The notes under the pieces: generated by a model
Told to the model about the DNA's origin: nothing
The model's input: only the letters and a program-made list of their open reading frames with translations
Databases searched by the model: none
Shown here: piece by piece, positions 35,931 to 48,200 of the stretch
Layout of the letters: each line of letters starts with the position of its first letter
Position numbering within the stretch: position 1 is the first letter of the stretch
Made by a program: the position numbers and the translations under genes
Assembly (NCBI GenBank): GCA_028534125.1
Contig: CM052816.1
Location: 57,476,001 to 57,540,000 of the forward strand
Origin: Lama glama
Taxonomy: Eukaryota
Length of the DNA stretch: 64,000 nucleotides
Direction of reading: 5' to 3'

Positions 35931-36317
35931 TTAGCTGGTACATGGAGCGTAGGAGTTGACATATCTGTGGACAGCTTCACTTCCAAAAGCCACTGCGTAC
36001 TTGGCTAGTTTCCCGGGCAGCAGAAGATACACTGCCTTCTGGATGTCTTCAGGGGTGAGGGTACGACGATTCCTTAAATTCATTATGTTGTAGGCTTCTG
36101 TGGAAATGCGCTCAAAGATGTTGTTGATCATGTTGTTTATGACGTCCAAGGTACGGGATGATATGCTCCTGTGGGGAACCACTTCCTTTAGGACCCTGTT
36201 TATGTAGAGTGAATAATTCCTAAGGCCAGATTCAGTGATGGACTGTGATTTCTTTCTGGAGATTGGGTTTTGATATCCTCTGGAGCACTTGTTCTTTTTG
36301 GCGACAGGTCTGGCCAT
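35931..36317 (-). CDS. H2BL1: Histone H2B variant H2B.L (subacrosomal H2B, SubH2Bv), single exon, 128 aa
   Basis: Intact ORF with strong Kozak context (ACA ATG G). H2B histone fold is recognisable (NYSLYINRVLKEV...ISSRTLDVINNMINNIFERISTEA...RRTLTPEDIQKAVYLLLPGKLAKYAVAFGSEAVHRYVNS). The N-tail and the ESGLRNYSLYINRVLKEVVP segment match my recollection of bovine SubH2Bv rather than canonical H2B. Confidence 0.93.
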   Translation of the reverse strand: MARPVAKKNKCSRGYQNPISRKKSQSITESGLRNYSLYINRVLKEVVPHRSISSRTLDVINNMINNIFERISTEAYNIMNLRNRRTLTPEDIQKAVYLLLPGKLAKYAVAFGSEAVHRYVNSYAPCTS

Positions 36318-36386
36318 TGTAGATGTTGTTCTCCTTGTCAGTTACAAGTAGAGAGGAGAGGGGCCTAAGAGTAGGGGGAGCTCTCA

Positions 36387-36457
36387 TACTTATACTGGTA
36401 TGTCACAATCAGACTTCTGGGTCTTCTCTCTGATTGGAGGTTACTCTTCCTATGTCA
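36387..36457 (-). promoter_or_regulatory. Putative H2B.L proximal promoter (TATA-like, CCAAT, two CRE-like TGACA sites)
   Basis: Minus strand: TATAAGTA 36387-36394 about 70 nt upstream of the ATG, TGACATAC 36398-36405, CCAATC 36432-36437, TGACATAG 36450-36457. Confidence 0.55.
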
Positions 36458-37079
36458 TAATCACCTAGTAATAGCACTGATTTGTTGTTAAGAGAAAATC
36501 TTGTCCTTGGCCAACCTAAAACTCTCTTAAAAAGATAGTGTTGCAGGATTGAGGTAGACTTCATGGTAGAAGAGTGCTCATTTTTTTGTACTGTATTTTT
36601 TAGCAATTTGTGGGCATAATATACAATATTTTCAGAATTGGCAAACCTCATCAACTTGGGAGGTTGGCTGCAGGAAAGTAGAGGGAAAAAACGCCATAAA
36701 CCTTTTATGGGGGGAAATCTCTATTCATAAAAGTATTTATAAATTCATTTTATAAGCAAATGAACAATTAAATAAACCATTAAAAATCTCAAAATGATTG
36801 TATATTAAAAATAACTATGTATAGCTAATCTGCTTTTAAAAATTGTGACTTATTTAAAAAATGAATTCCACTATTTTGGACCCCAGCTCCTTAGGAGCAA
36901 CTGTATACAATTGGAGAGTTTTTGTTTAATTAACCCAAAGTGTTTGTAGGGTCATTCTTGATTATGTGTCATGTTTATAGTCATGCTTTAAAAATAAAAA
37001 CTCCATTCGCCTTCTTAATCAAATTCATTCCTAGGTAAAATAAAAAAGAAATAAAATAGCTATAAAAATTGCAACTCAC

Positions 37080-37297
37080 AAGCATTTCCATAATTTACAG
37101 TTGCTGTAACTATTAAGGCTACCACGAAAGGGCCTTCACTATGAACTACTTCACAGATACGGTAGACTGGATTATGTATAATTTCTGGAATACTGTCTAT
37201 AAGCCCTTCCCTTTTTCTCTCAATTAGCCCAGTAAATTTGAAATAAGGCAAGAAGGGTAATGTTATTACAGGGACAACTTTGAACAAGCTCTAATTT
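37080..37297 (-). pseudogene. Candidate decayed exon upstream of H2B.L
   Basis: Acceptor cctattgtcttcag, donor CTT|gtgagt. Mostly open frame FKVVPVITLPFLPYFKFTGLIERKREGLIDSIPEII...TVNYGNA. Confidence 0.4.
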
Positions 37298-38764
37298 CTG
37301 AAGACAATAGGCATCATAAATGTCTGTGCTTTGTTGCTGATAGCACACAGATCCTTTCTCATCACACTGAGAGTGGAGGCTGCTGCTTCCACGTATGCTC
37401 TGGGGTGATGGATCTTTAGTCAGCTCTTGCTATATAACTTTCAGATTTCTCTGTGTATAATTACTTAGCTTAATTATAGCATAGCTCTATTTGCTATCGT
37501 TTAGAAGCAGCTATCAGGTGGAGAATGTTCATTCCCTAGTCCTCATGTATCTGTTAAGTAACTTTCACTAACATAACTTTCCTGGCCTCTGTCTTCTCAC
37601 TTACCCCTCTCTGGGATAGTCCTCCCTGGGATCGAAGGTAGGGAGACAATGGACATGCCTGTTTTAGCCTCTTCTGGACTCTTGTTGGGATTTTTACTCT
37701 GGGCAGCTCTTCTGCTGGGGCTGGGTCACTTTTGCCAGCTGCCAGAAATTGAGTAGGTCTTTCTGCTTAATTTGGAGGTACTGTACGTTAGGAAGCCTGT
37801 TTTTGCCCCACACCTAACAGCTCTTCTCCAAACAGTTTGTCAGTAATGAAGCTGACATTTTGATTCCTATATTTCTGATCCCTATGACTCTCTCAGTTGG
37901 TTCTGTGCTTGGGTGGGGAGAAGGGAGGGTGCAATATATTATAGTAGTAAAGGAAAAAGACTTTAAAGTCAAAAGGGTATACTATATGCTAAAATACTGA
38001 TTGATCAAAAAGTTCAGAAAATGAGGAATACTGATTCTGTAAAATTTCTAGCTACTTTAGAGTTAACCTGAATTCCTTTTTAAAATTTAATGAATCGTTC
38101 TAAAATATGTATGAGTTTACCACTGATACGCTGGTTTTTCTTTTCCTTCTCCCTTCCTCCTACTCCAGGCAGTCTGGAACAAGGGACAGACCTTTTTTAT
38201 CATAATGACCTTTAGGAAATGCCTGTTGGATTGTTAATCTGGGCAATGCAGCAAGTCTGATTATTTTGTATCTACCATACTTTGAGAATGGATACCGTGG
38301 ATGCCTCTATCCTCGTTCCCCTTCTCCTCTGCCCTCACCCTCAAGATCCTAGCCTTAGAATGATGCCTGATATCCTTGAGCAGAAGACGCAACAGAGTGA
38401 AAGAACTGATGCCCAGTGTACCAGAGTTTCAGGGTCTCCAAGCTGTCCAAGTGTAGGTGGAGCCAAAGTTAAGAACTGTTTCATGAATTTTTTTCCAGGC
38501 TCCTTTTTTGTGTATACTTGATCACACTATATCTATTTGGGGTGTGGGTTGTCTGGTATCCTTTCTTCCATGATTGAGTATGTATAGTACAGGGGTTACA
38601 ACTGTTTATTTTTTCAATTATGATTGAGGGTCTTGTCATGACTAAATGTCATCATCAAGACTCTGAGTGATGATTCCACAATAACTGTGGCAGAAGTGAC
38701 ATCAGTTCAAAGCAGAAAACATGCTCTGACAAGTGTGTGTACCCAGGGAACATTTTTATAGCCA

Positions 38765-39240
38765 CTGTTTTAGTTTCCTATTGCTGCTGTAAAAAGCCAC
38801 CACAAATTTATTGACTTAAAACAACATAGATTTATTATCTTACAATTCTAGTAGTCAGAAGTCCAAGTGGGTTTCACTGGGTTAAAATCAATGTGTCCAC
38901 AGGGCTGTATTCCTTCTGGAGGCTCTAGAGGAGAACCTGTTTTCTTGCCTTTGCTAGCTTCTAGAGAGTGCCTGCATTCCTTGGCTTTTCCTCCATCTTT
39001 AAAGCAAGTAGTGGATAGTCAAGTCTCTCTCACACTGCATTGCTCAGACACTGAGCCTCCTGCCTCCTTCTTTCACTTATGAGTACCCTTATGATTACAT
39101 TGGGCCCACCTGGATAATCCCCACATCTCAAAATAATTAATCACATCTGCAGGTTCCATTTTTGCCATGTAAGGTAACATTCACACCTTTGGGGGTTTGG
39201 GATATGGACATCTTTGAGGGACATTATTCTTCCCACCACA
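38765..39240 (-). mobile_element. MaLR LTR (MLT1C/D-like)
   Basis: tagtttcctattgctgctgtaa...ttccttctggaggctctagaggagaacc...gattacattgggcccacctggataatcc...cattattcttcccaccaca. Confidence 0.85.
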
Positions 39241-40092
39241 GCCACTATGAATGGAATGAGATTGTCAGGGAAGATCTGGGTCACCAATAGTATAGAAGTT
39301 GGAGATGAACAATACTCCCTAGTAGATGACTAGAAATATATTCTAAAAATACTTTCTATATATGGACTAACTTTCTTATAATTTGCTTATTTCTAAAAAT
39401 GAAGACTTGCCTTGGATTTTTACTTTCTATGCTATGTCTCTACATTATGGTTCCAAAAATATGCTAAATAAAATCAATTTTATTATTGGAAGACCAGAGG
39501 ATGATAGTAGAGGAGAGAGATCTTTCTTTACTCCTCCTCATTCTCAAATTCCCTTCTCTCTCTCTTCTCTCCTGCCTGCTGTCTCACAGGTATTTACCGA
39601 ATGCCACCCATGTGCCAGGCACTGCATAGATTACATTGTGGGACACAGAGATGAAGAAGATACAATTCCAACTCTCAGGAAACTCAGTTTATTGAGGTGA
39701 GCAGGCAGGGAAGTAATGGATCACTGTGAACAGGGACCTAAAGACTATGACAGGGCATCCACTGGGCATAGCAAGAAGACAAGGTGGTTCCTAGATCACT
39801 CAGCCTGCCAGAGCAGGCTTCTAGGAGGAAGTGATGTCTTAGTGGATATAGAAGTTATTCAGGGTAGTGGTAGGAGTAGAGGAGACATGGGTGTGTAAAT
39901 AAAATACCTCCAGGAAAGATGTGTGTTTTTTGTTTTTGCTAAGAATAGAAGACCTATGGTCTGCAAGAGCCTGAGCTTGATTGCCCTTTCTTGTCTGGTG
40001 GTATTCAGTTGTGGGAGAATGTGTAGTCTCCAGAAAGAGGCAAAGGAAGCCTGTTTGCTTCCTGAATTGGGGACAATTCAGGTCTTGGTTAA

Positions 40093-40266
40093 GGCTGTGG
40101 TTCTCAAACTTGGATGTACATTGAAATCACCTAGGGGGATTAAATAAACAAACAAGCCAACCGCACCAGGGCGACATCCCAGACTAACAATCAGGTTCTG
40201 CAGGGGAAAGGCTCAGGCATTTTTCTTTTAACTTCTTTTAATGTGCAGCTAGGCTGAGAGTCACTG
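40093..40266. mobile_element. hAT-Charlie MITE (MER5-like)
   Basis: gtggttctcaaacttggatgtacattgaaatcacctagggg...gtgcagctaggctgagagtcactg. Confidence 0.75.
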
Positions 40267-41802
40267 ATTGAGCTAAGACAGAGCAAAGTATTTGAAGGTG
40301 TTGGAGAGTTCTTTGTAGACACTGGAATGGGAGTTGTAAGGGAAAGAGTTAAGAGGCAGGGTGAAGTAAGAAGAAGAGTTAGGAGGAGGAGGGAGGAGTG
40401 ATAAGGTGAATAGATGAGAGGACCAGTGATGGGAAAAGTGGCTCCTGAGGGTGACACATATTCTCTGGCCATGGGATCCCGGGTTCAGAGACATGAATAG
40501 ATGCAGACTTTGATGTAAACTTATTTTTGTACATTTAAATGAGGCTAAACTTGCCAAAAAGCTCTTTCAGTGCTCAGCGAGGAACAGATCAGGGAGAACT
40601 GAGGAGGGTGGAACCAGGCTGTGGCCCACTTTGCTGTGGACTCTTACCTGTTTCCTATTTTATGTTTGAGGGAGGAGTAAAACAAACAAAAAAATCTAAC
40701 TTTCCATGTCCCCTTTTCCTGATTTGTTGACAATTCTCTGGCCTAGGCCATTTCTTTTGACTTTACTCCACCTTCTTTTGCTGGATTTCTGAGGCTGATA
40801 CTCCCAGCCTCACCAGTACAAAGCTCTCCCTCCCACTGCAGATTCACCTGTGTCCTGCTTTGGCTAATCTGAAAGCTGGGTCATAATTCTTAGGTGACCT
40901 GAGAGAGGATAATTAGATTAGCTTTGTGCAGAGTAAGAACATAATAAAGGAATTAGCCTTGAAAGTAAGTAGAAGGTTGTCAATTCCTGATGAAGTTCCT
41001 GATAAATATGATGTTCTTTAGCAGAAAGCAGAAAAATGTACTAAGATAACAGAGAGAAGAAAAATTTTAATTTTGTTTTCAATTTTGGTTTACACATCAT
41101 AATAAAACATCAAGTAACTAAAAAATAACTAAATCCCCCCTGAATCAATAGATTATCATTGTAAAATGGATTTTCCTCTAACTATAATAAGAGTCTCTTG
41201 CTAAGCACATAGAATAGGAATAAAAGCTGCCGAAGGTCACCTGGCTGGGACGTTGTGGAGGCAGGAGAAAAATGGAGGCCTGTTAGATACCAAACTGGAA
41301 CTCTTAATCATTAGACATACTGCCTCATTAACTGGTCAAGATGTGAGGACATTCCAAGCAGGAAGAAAGGAATGACTAACAACATGGAGGCACAAAATCA
41401 CAAGATATGTTCAAGAACAAGAGAAAGCCGTTTTGCTTGAGTAGAGAGATTATGTTTGAGAGATGGAAAGTTATGGTGGTTTTAGTTTATGAAATGTTTA
41501 AAATAGTAATCTAAGGGTTAAAATTGTTCTATTAGTACTTGTGAGTCACTGAGAATTTGAAGCATGTGACTGGCTCAAAGTGATATTTTGAGAAAAATGA
41601 TTTGTTGCCAGGTACAGGAACTAACAAAAGAAGAAATAAGATTACAGAGTCCAGCAATGTTATTGGTGGCCCAAGAGTGGGACCATGGAGGTCTAAACTG
41701 GATATAGTGAGAATGGGAACAATGAACTGTCTTTGAAAGAATTGGGAAGATTTGATGATTAATTTACTGTTTGGGGCAAAGGAGAAGGAAGAGTCTAATA
41801 TG

Positions 41803-42050
41803 ATGCTAACCTTTACTGAGCACTATGTGTCTAGACACTACTCTAAGTACTTCCCAGGTATTAACTCAATTAGTGTTCACAACAATCCTACGGTATAGGT
41901 ACTACCATTATCAGCATCTTCTTTACACAGGTGAGGGAACTAAGACACAGAACAGTTATATAACTTGCTTTAGTTCACAGAGCTGGTTAGTAGCAGAGCT
42001 GGGATTCAAACTCAAGCACCTAGCTGCAGGCACCATGCTCTTTACCCTCA
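41803..42050 (-). mobile_element. MIR SINE remnant
   Basis: gctaacctttactgagcactatgtgtctagacactactctaagtac...ggtgagggaactaagacacaga...gcagagctgggattcaaactcaagca. Confidence 0.85.
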
Positions 42051-43659
42051 GACTTCCTGCTTTTCTTGTAGCCCCCTGTGTGTATGGCGCTCTACATGCT
42101 GCAAGTGTTTGACCATTGCATCTTATTTAATCTTCACAAGAGTCCAGGGAACATAGTGCTTTCCATCTCAGCTATAAATTTGGCTGTTGCCAATAAGTAA
42201 GTGGAAGAATCAAGACTTAAACCCATATCTTCCAACTCTGTCTTCAGTGTTCTGGCCAAAGCCTCATGCTCTAGAGATTACTGGGGTTGGGGGAGGGAAA
42301 TTCATTAACCAAGATAGCACAGGTGGAGCAATGGAAAGGATGTGATTTTAGAACTTAGAGTGAAAAATCTTATTTTAAGCATCTTCAGGAAGTTGCTTTT
42401 CTTACTTTCCATTCAATTGAGTCCCTAAGGCTATGATATATATATAAAGGAGGAATCATTCCTTTCTTCAACAAGGAAGAAAATTCTGACAACCATCATA
42501 TAGCTTTACATTCTAGGCAGGTCAGAGAGGGGGGAAAAACACCTTTACCTAGAGGGAAAGGATGATTGATTCTAAATTGGGAAAAAGGATTTAAGGAAGG
42601 GAGCCTATACTCAGAGAATCCTAATAAGGTTTAAATCCACATCTCTTCTTTAATTGTCCTGTGGTGCCCTTTTAAGCTTGTTAATGCTTAAACAAACAAG
42701 AAAGACAGATATTTTAACATCACAAAATTAGAAGCTGATAACCATAATAAGAAAATTATGTTCATTTCAAAACAGCTAAACTAAAAATCAGGAGCTATCT
42801 TGCTTTAAGTACATGAATTTTTTTCTCATTCTAAAAGATATATAAAGTCTTGCTCTGGTTACATTCAAACAAAAAAATACCCAGTGTTTTTAAATTTAAC
42901 AAAATCCAAATACCTAAATCTAGTGTCTCTCCAGGGCCCAATAAAAGGAGACAAGTCTTTCAGTAACTCAGACTGAAGACATTCATACTAAAGGCCAATT
43001 TCCAATGTTCTTGTTGCTGAGTTTTATTTTAGGACCAGCCTCCAATGTAGTACAGTCCTTCTCTAATCTCTTTGAGCAAGGTTATGTCACTGCAGATCTC
43101 TTAAAGGAATGATTGAATTAGTGAAGCTAGCTTGCTCTGGAGTATGCTAGAAGCTGCCATCTGAGGATATGATCTCTCCATTCTAGTGTTTCCTGAAATC
43201 ATAATACATGATTAACACCTGCAGAAGACTTCCTACTTTCCAAAGTATTAGGAGTTTATTAAAGAATACTACTGTAGGAAGATAGTAGAACTCACTTCCT
43301 CACCAGCATATCAAAATTACAACTACTTACAGAGTAACTATTGGTGAGAATGACCAGAACCTACAAGAAAAGACCTTCTACAATTAAAGAAATAAAGAAG
43401 GAACTGCAAGATGGGTAGAGGAATGGAGTCATAGTAAAGTCAAGACCCATGCTTCAGGGTAGGTGACCCACAAATGAGAGAATAATTACATTTTCATAGG
43501 TTCCCCCCGGGGAGCAAGTAGTCTGAGCCCCACTTGGGCTCCCCAGTCCTGTGACAGGAAGATGAGTCCCTAGAACATTTGGCTTGGAAGGCCAGCAGGG
43601 CTTACTTTCAGGAGAGCCAGAGGGCTGTGGGAAATAGAGACTCCCCTTTAAGGGCTAGA

Positions 43660-44640
43660 GTCCCACCCACCAGTAGGCCACCACCAGCTCTGAGACACCT
43701 TGGATGAGACACAGCAGTCCTAGGATCTGGCCCCACTCACCAGTGGGCTGACACAAACTTCTGAACACCCCAGACCCATAGCCAGCTGTGCCAGGAACCA
43801 GCCCCACCCATCAGTCTGACACCAACTCTGGGAATCCTTGGCCCTGTGGCTAGAGACCCCAGGACTGGCTCTGACTGCCAGTGGGCTGGTATTTGCCTGA
43901 GAACCTGGCTTTATCCAATAGTGGGTGGGTACCGGCCTCAGGATTTCCAGGACACCAGCCTCTTCCACCAGTGGGCAGACACCAGCCTCATATCATTGAA
44001 GCCCCACAGCCTGCCTTGCCAGGACCTAGCCAACACACAAGCAGGCTAGCACCAGCCCTGGGACTCCTCCTGGGCTCTGGCCTTGCCCTCCAGCAGGCCA
44101 ACTCCAGCTCTAGGTCACCTTGGGCTCCTCTGCCAGTGGCCCCAGGATCCAGCCCCACCTACCAGCAGGCTGACACCAGCTTCAGGAGCCCCAGGGCCCT
44201 TCAGCCAGAGTCCCTAGGACCTAGCTTTGCCTACCAGTGAGCTAAATACTATTCTAAATACTTCCCAGGTATTAACTCAATTAGTGTTCACATTAGCTCT
44301 GGGGGCCCCTGGGCCTTGGCCCCATCCCCTAGTAGGCCACTACCAGCTCTGAGATACCTTGGACTCCCTAGTCAGCCTCCCTGGGACCTAGTTCCACTCA
44401 CCAGTAGGCCAGCACCAGCTTTGGTACATTCTGGAAACTGCAACCAGGTGTGTCAGGAACTGGCCTCACTCACCAGCAGGTCAATACTAGATCTGGGAAC
44501 TCTGTCCCACCCCCACCCCGCAACACACACACACCCCAGAACTACCTCTGCCCACCAGACAGCCAGAACTAGCCCTGGTACCTGCTGAGTTTCCACAGCC
44601 AGCTGTGTCATGACCCAGCCAGCTGTGTCATGACATAAGC
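43660..44640 (+). repeat. Degenerate tandem repeat in the L1 5' UTR (core CACCAGTGGGCTGACACCAGCT)
   Basis: More than ten diverged copies of cccaccaccagtaggccaccaccagctc / caccagtgggctgacac spaced roughly 60-70 bp apart. Confidence 0.8.
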
Positions 44641-45108
44641 AGTGGCTGACAGCCTCTGCACAAGGCATGGCCTGGTAACCAGCCAGACCAGGGGCCAGTC
44701 ACACCTACTAGACCACCCACAGTGGTCAATCTGTCACAACCTGTCACAACAGAAGGATCCACGCAGCCCATATAGGGAGCACCCCTGGAGCATATAGTTC
44801 TAGTGACCACTGCTGGGATGCATAGGATATCTCTTATGAAAGGTCACTTCTCCAAGGTTGGGAAATGTAACCAACCTATCAGATACACAGAAATAAAAAC
44901 AGCAAATTAGGCAAAGTGGTGACTGAGGAACATGATCCAAATGAAAGAACAAGTTAAATCCCCAGAAGAAGAACTAAGTGAAGTGGTGATAGGCAATCTA
45001 TCTAAGAAAGAGTTCAAGGTAATGATTATAAAGATGATCAAAAAACTTGGGAAAAGAATGGATGAACAGGGTGAGAAGTTAGAAGTTTTAACAAAAATTT
45101 AGAAAATA

Positions 45109-45244
45109 CAGGGGAGCAATAGGTATAGCTCAGTGGTAGAGTGCATGCTTAGCATGCAAGAAGTCCTGGGTTCAATCCTCAGTACCTCCATTTAAAAATA
45201 AATTAATGAAATAAAATAGAAATCTTAAAAAAAAAGACCATATG
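45109..45244 (+). mobile_element. tRNA-Ala-derived SINE inserted in L1 ORF1
   Basis: ggtatagctcagtggtagagtgcatgcttagcatgcaagaagtcctgggttcaatcc. Perfect 16-bp TSD aaaaatttagaaaata at 45093-45108 and 45245-45260. Confidence 0.9.
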
Positions 45245-48200
45245 AAAAATTTAGAAAATATAAAGACAAACCAAGCAGAGATTTAAAAAGACAATAAATG
45301 AAATGAAAAATACTTTAGAAGGAATCAACTGTAGATTAAATGATACAGAGGAATGGATCAGCAAGTTTGAAAACAGGGCAGTGGAAAACACTGAAGCTGA
45401 ACAGAAAAGAGTTCAGCACCACCAAACCAGCTTTACAAAAAATGTTAAAGGGAACTATCTAAGTGAAAAAGAGAACACCACAACTAGAAACATAAAAATT
45501 ATGAAAGGAAAAAGCTCATTGGTAAAGGCAAATGTACAGTAAAAGTAATAAGTCAACCACATACCAAGCTAGTAGGAAGGTAAAGACAAAAGAAGTAAAT
45601 TCATCTATATCCACAATAAGCAGTTAAGAGATATACAAAACAAACAGCTAAAATATGATATCAAAAACAGTAATCATGAGGGAAGGGGTGAAAAATGCAA
45701 GATATTAAAATGTGTTTGATATTAAAAGATAAGCAACTTGAAATAATTATTTATAATTATTATATATATGGCTATATATAAACTCATGGTAGCCAAACCC
45801 CAAAAATCTGTAATAGGTCTACACACAAAAACGAGAAAGGAATCCAGACATAATACTGAAGATAGTCATCAAATCACAAGAGAACAAAAGAGGAAGAAAG
45901 GAATGAAAAACTACAAGAACAACCCAAAAAGCAATTAACAAAATGTCAATACGTACATATCAATAATTAAATGTAAATGGACTAAATGCTTCAATCAAAA
46001 GACATAGAGTGGCTGAAAGGATATAAAAACAAGACTCATTTATGTGCGTCCTACAAGAGAATCACTTCAGATCTAAAGACACATACAGACTGAAAGTGAG
46101 GAGATGAGAAAAGATACACCATGTAAGTGGAAATAAAAAGAAAGCTGGGGTAACAATATTTATATCAGATAAAATAGGCTTTAAAACAAAGACTGCAGAA
46201 AGAGACAAAGACATTACATAATGATCAAGGGATCAATCCAAGAAGAAGATATAACACTTATAAATATATATATACCAACATAGGAAGAACCTAAATATAT
46301 AAAGCAAGTATTAATAGATATAAAGGGAGAAATTGACCGTAACCATAAAACTGTAGTAGGGGACTTCAACACCCTACTCACATAATGGACAGATCATCCA
46401 GACAGAAAATCAATAAGGAAACACTAGCTTTAAGTGACACATTCGACCAGATGAACTTAATGGATATATGTATATGTAACATTCCATCCCAAAGCAGCAG
46501 AATACACATTCTTTTCAAGGGTACATGGGACATCCTCCAGGATGATCACATGCTAAGCCACAAAAGAAGCCTTGGTGAATTTTAAAAAATTGAAATCATA
46601 TCAAGCACCTTTTCTGACCACCATGCTTTGATACTAGATATTAGCTATAATAAGAAATCTGCAAAAACCACGGACACATATAGGATAAATAATATGCTAC
46701 TAAACAGCCAATGGATCACTAAAGAAATCAAAGAAGAAATGAAAAAAAATGTCTGGAGACAAATGAAAACAATAACACAACAATCCAAAATCTATGGGAC
46801 ACAGCAAAAGCAGTTCTAAGAGGTAAGTTTATAATAATACTGGTCTACCTCAAAAAACGAGAAAAATCTCAAATACACAACCTAACCATACACCCAAAGG
46901 AACTAGAAAAAGAACAAACCCCAAAGTGATTAGAAGAAAAGCAGTCATAAAGATCAGAGCAGAAATAAATGAAATACAGACTAAAAAAAAATAGAAAAGA
47001 TCAGTGAAACTGAAAGTTGGTTCTGTGAAAAGATAGACAAAATTGATTAACCTTTAGCCAGACTCACCTAGAAAAAAGAGACAGGGCCCAAATCAATAAA
47101 ATAGAAATGAAAAAGGAGAAGTTAACATTGACAGCACAAAAATATGAAGGATCATAATTGATTATGACAAAAATTATTCACCAATAAAATGGACACTCTA
47201 GAAGAAATGAACAGATTCCCTGAAATGTACAGTTTCCCAAAACTGAACCAGGAAGAAATTGAAAATAGGAACAGACCAATTACTAGTAATGAAATTGAAT
47301 CATGGTCATGTGAATGGTATCTGTATGTATATTGGTGGGGGAAAAAATGAGAATAATTAGGCTATAACTTGAAATGTAATCCTGCATAGAATTTTCCACC
47401 ATAGGGGACATATTGAGAAGTACATTTATACATAATTTTTACTTTTAAAATTTTGTGTTTAATTTAAGATACATATAAAAAAATGTCGCCAGCATATAAA
47501 GCCATAATTTCTCAGGTTTTATTGCTTAAGACCAGTATAAGCAAAAAAACAGGGGTGATTTACTTATAGACAATGTAAAGACAAATATTAAGTAATGAAA
47601 ATAAATATTAACTAATGAATATGAACAGGTGTTAGGAGGATGTAACAAAATCTTGACCATGATATGTGAGTGACCAGCATTTAGGAAATGGGTCCCTGCC
47701 TGGCCTGAGGACTGGAGCTCAGGCCTGGAGTGAGTGCTGGTTTGTGCCAGTTTTTGTTGGATCAGTGCTCACTCACCTTCTAGGACCCTAGGAATCATTT
47801 TTTGACTTTAGTTACTCCAGATCGGAGTGTTCAAGAATGTAATAAAGTTGAATCTGATTCAGCCAGCCAGGACCCTGACATGTCAGTTCTCTTCCTTAAA
47901 TGTTTGTAGCCATAAATACTCAGAATTAGTGGGCTGTGTGCCCTGTGATCTTTTTCTGGGTGAGTCAAGGGCTCTTATCAACAAGCTTTCTTTGGAAGAG
48001 GCAGGAAACAATCCATTTTTCTTTGATGTTGCTGAGGTTTCCATGACCCCTATATTATTGCAGTGGTTTTCTTAGAGTTGAAAGTTTTTCAAGGACTGTT
48101 TATCAAGTACTACTTATGTGCCAGGCATAGTGCTGACCAGAGATAGAGAGAGAAATGACAGGGTCTTGCCCTTGAAGACCTATGGGAAACCTTTTTAAAG

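Larger units (their letters stand above)
43272..47302 (+). mobile_element. L1 5' half: 5' UTR with tandem GC-rich repeats, internally deleted ORF1, ORF2 endonuclease region; 3'-truncated
   Basis: ORF1 pieces (MKNTLEGINCRLNDTEEWISKFENRAVENTEAEQK). EN motifs (aatgtaaatggactaaatgc, ctacaagagaatcacttcag, gggacttcaacacc, MDRSSRQKINKET, tctgaccac). Ends abruptly at aatgaaattgaatca. Confidence 0.92.

Noticed and set aside
38068..38099. 32-nt segment reading ERFIKF*KGIQ (RGS helix 3-like), plus similar candidates at about 22600-22800, 27655-27865, 42407-42511 and 56900-57019
   Set aside because: Too short or too ambiguous to support individually. Worth including in an alignment-based search.
43660..44640. 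Spaced direct repeats resembling a CRISPR-like array, with Pro/Ser-rich ORFs
   Set aside because: Whole units are degenerate copies of each other and sit in an L1 5' UTR of a mammalian genome. There are no unique spacers or cas genes.
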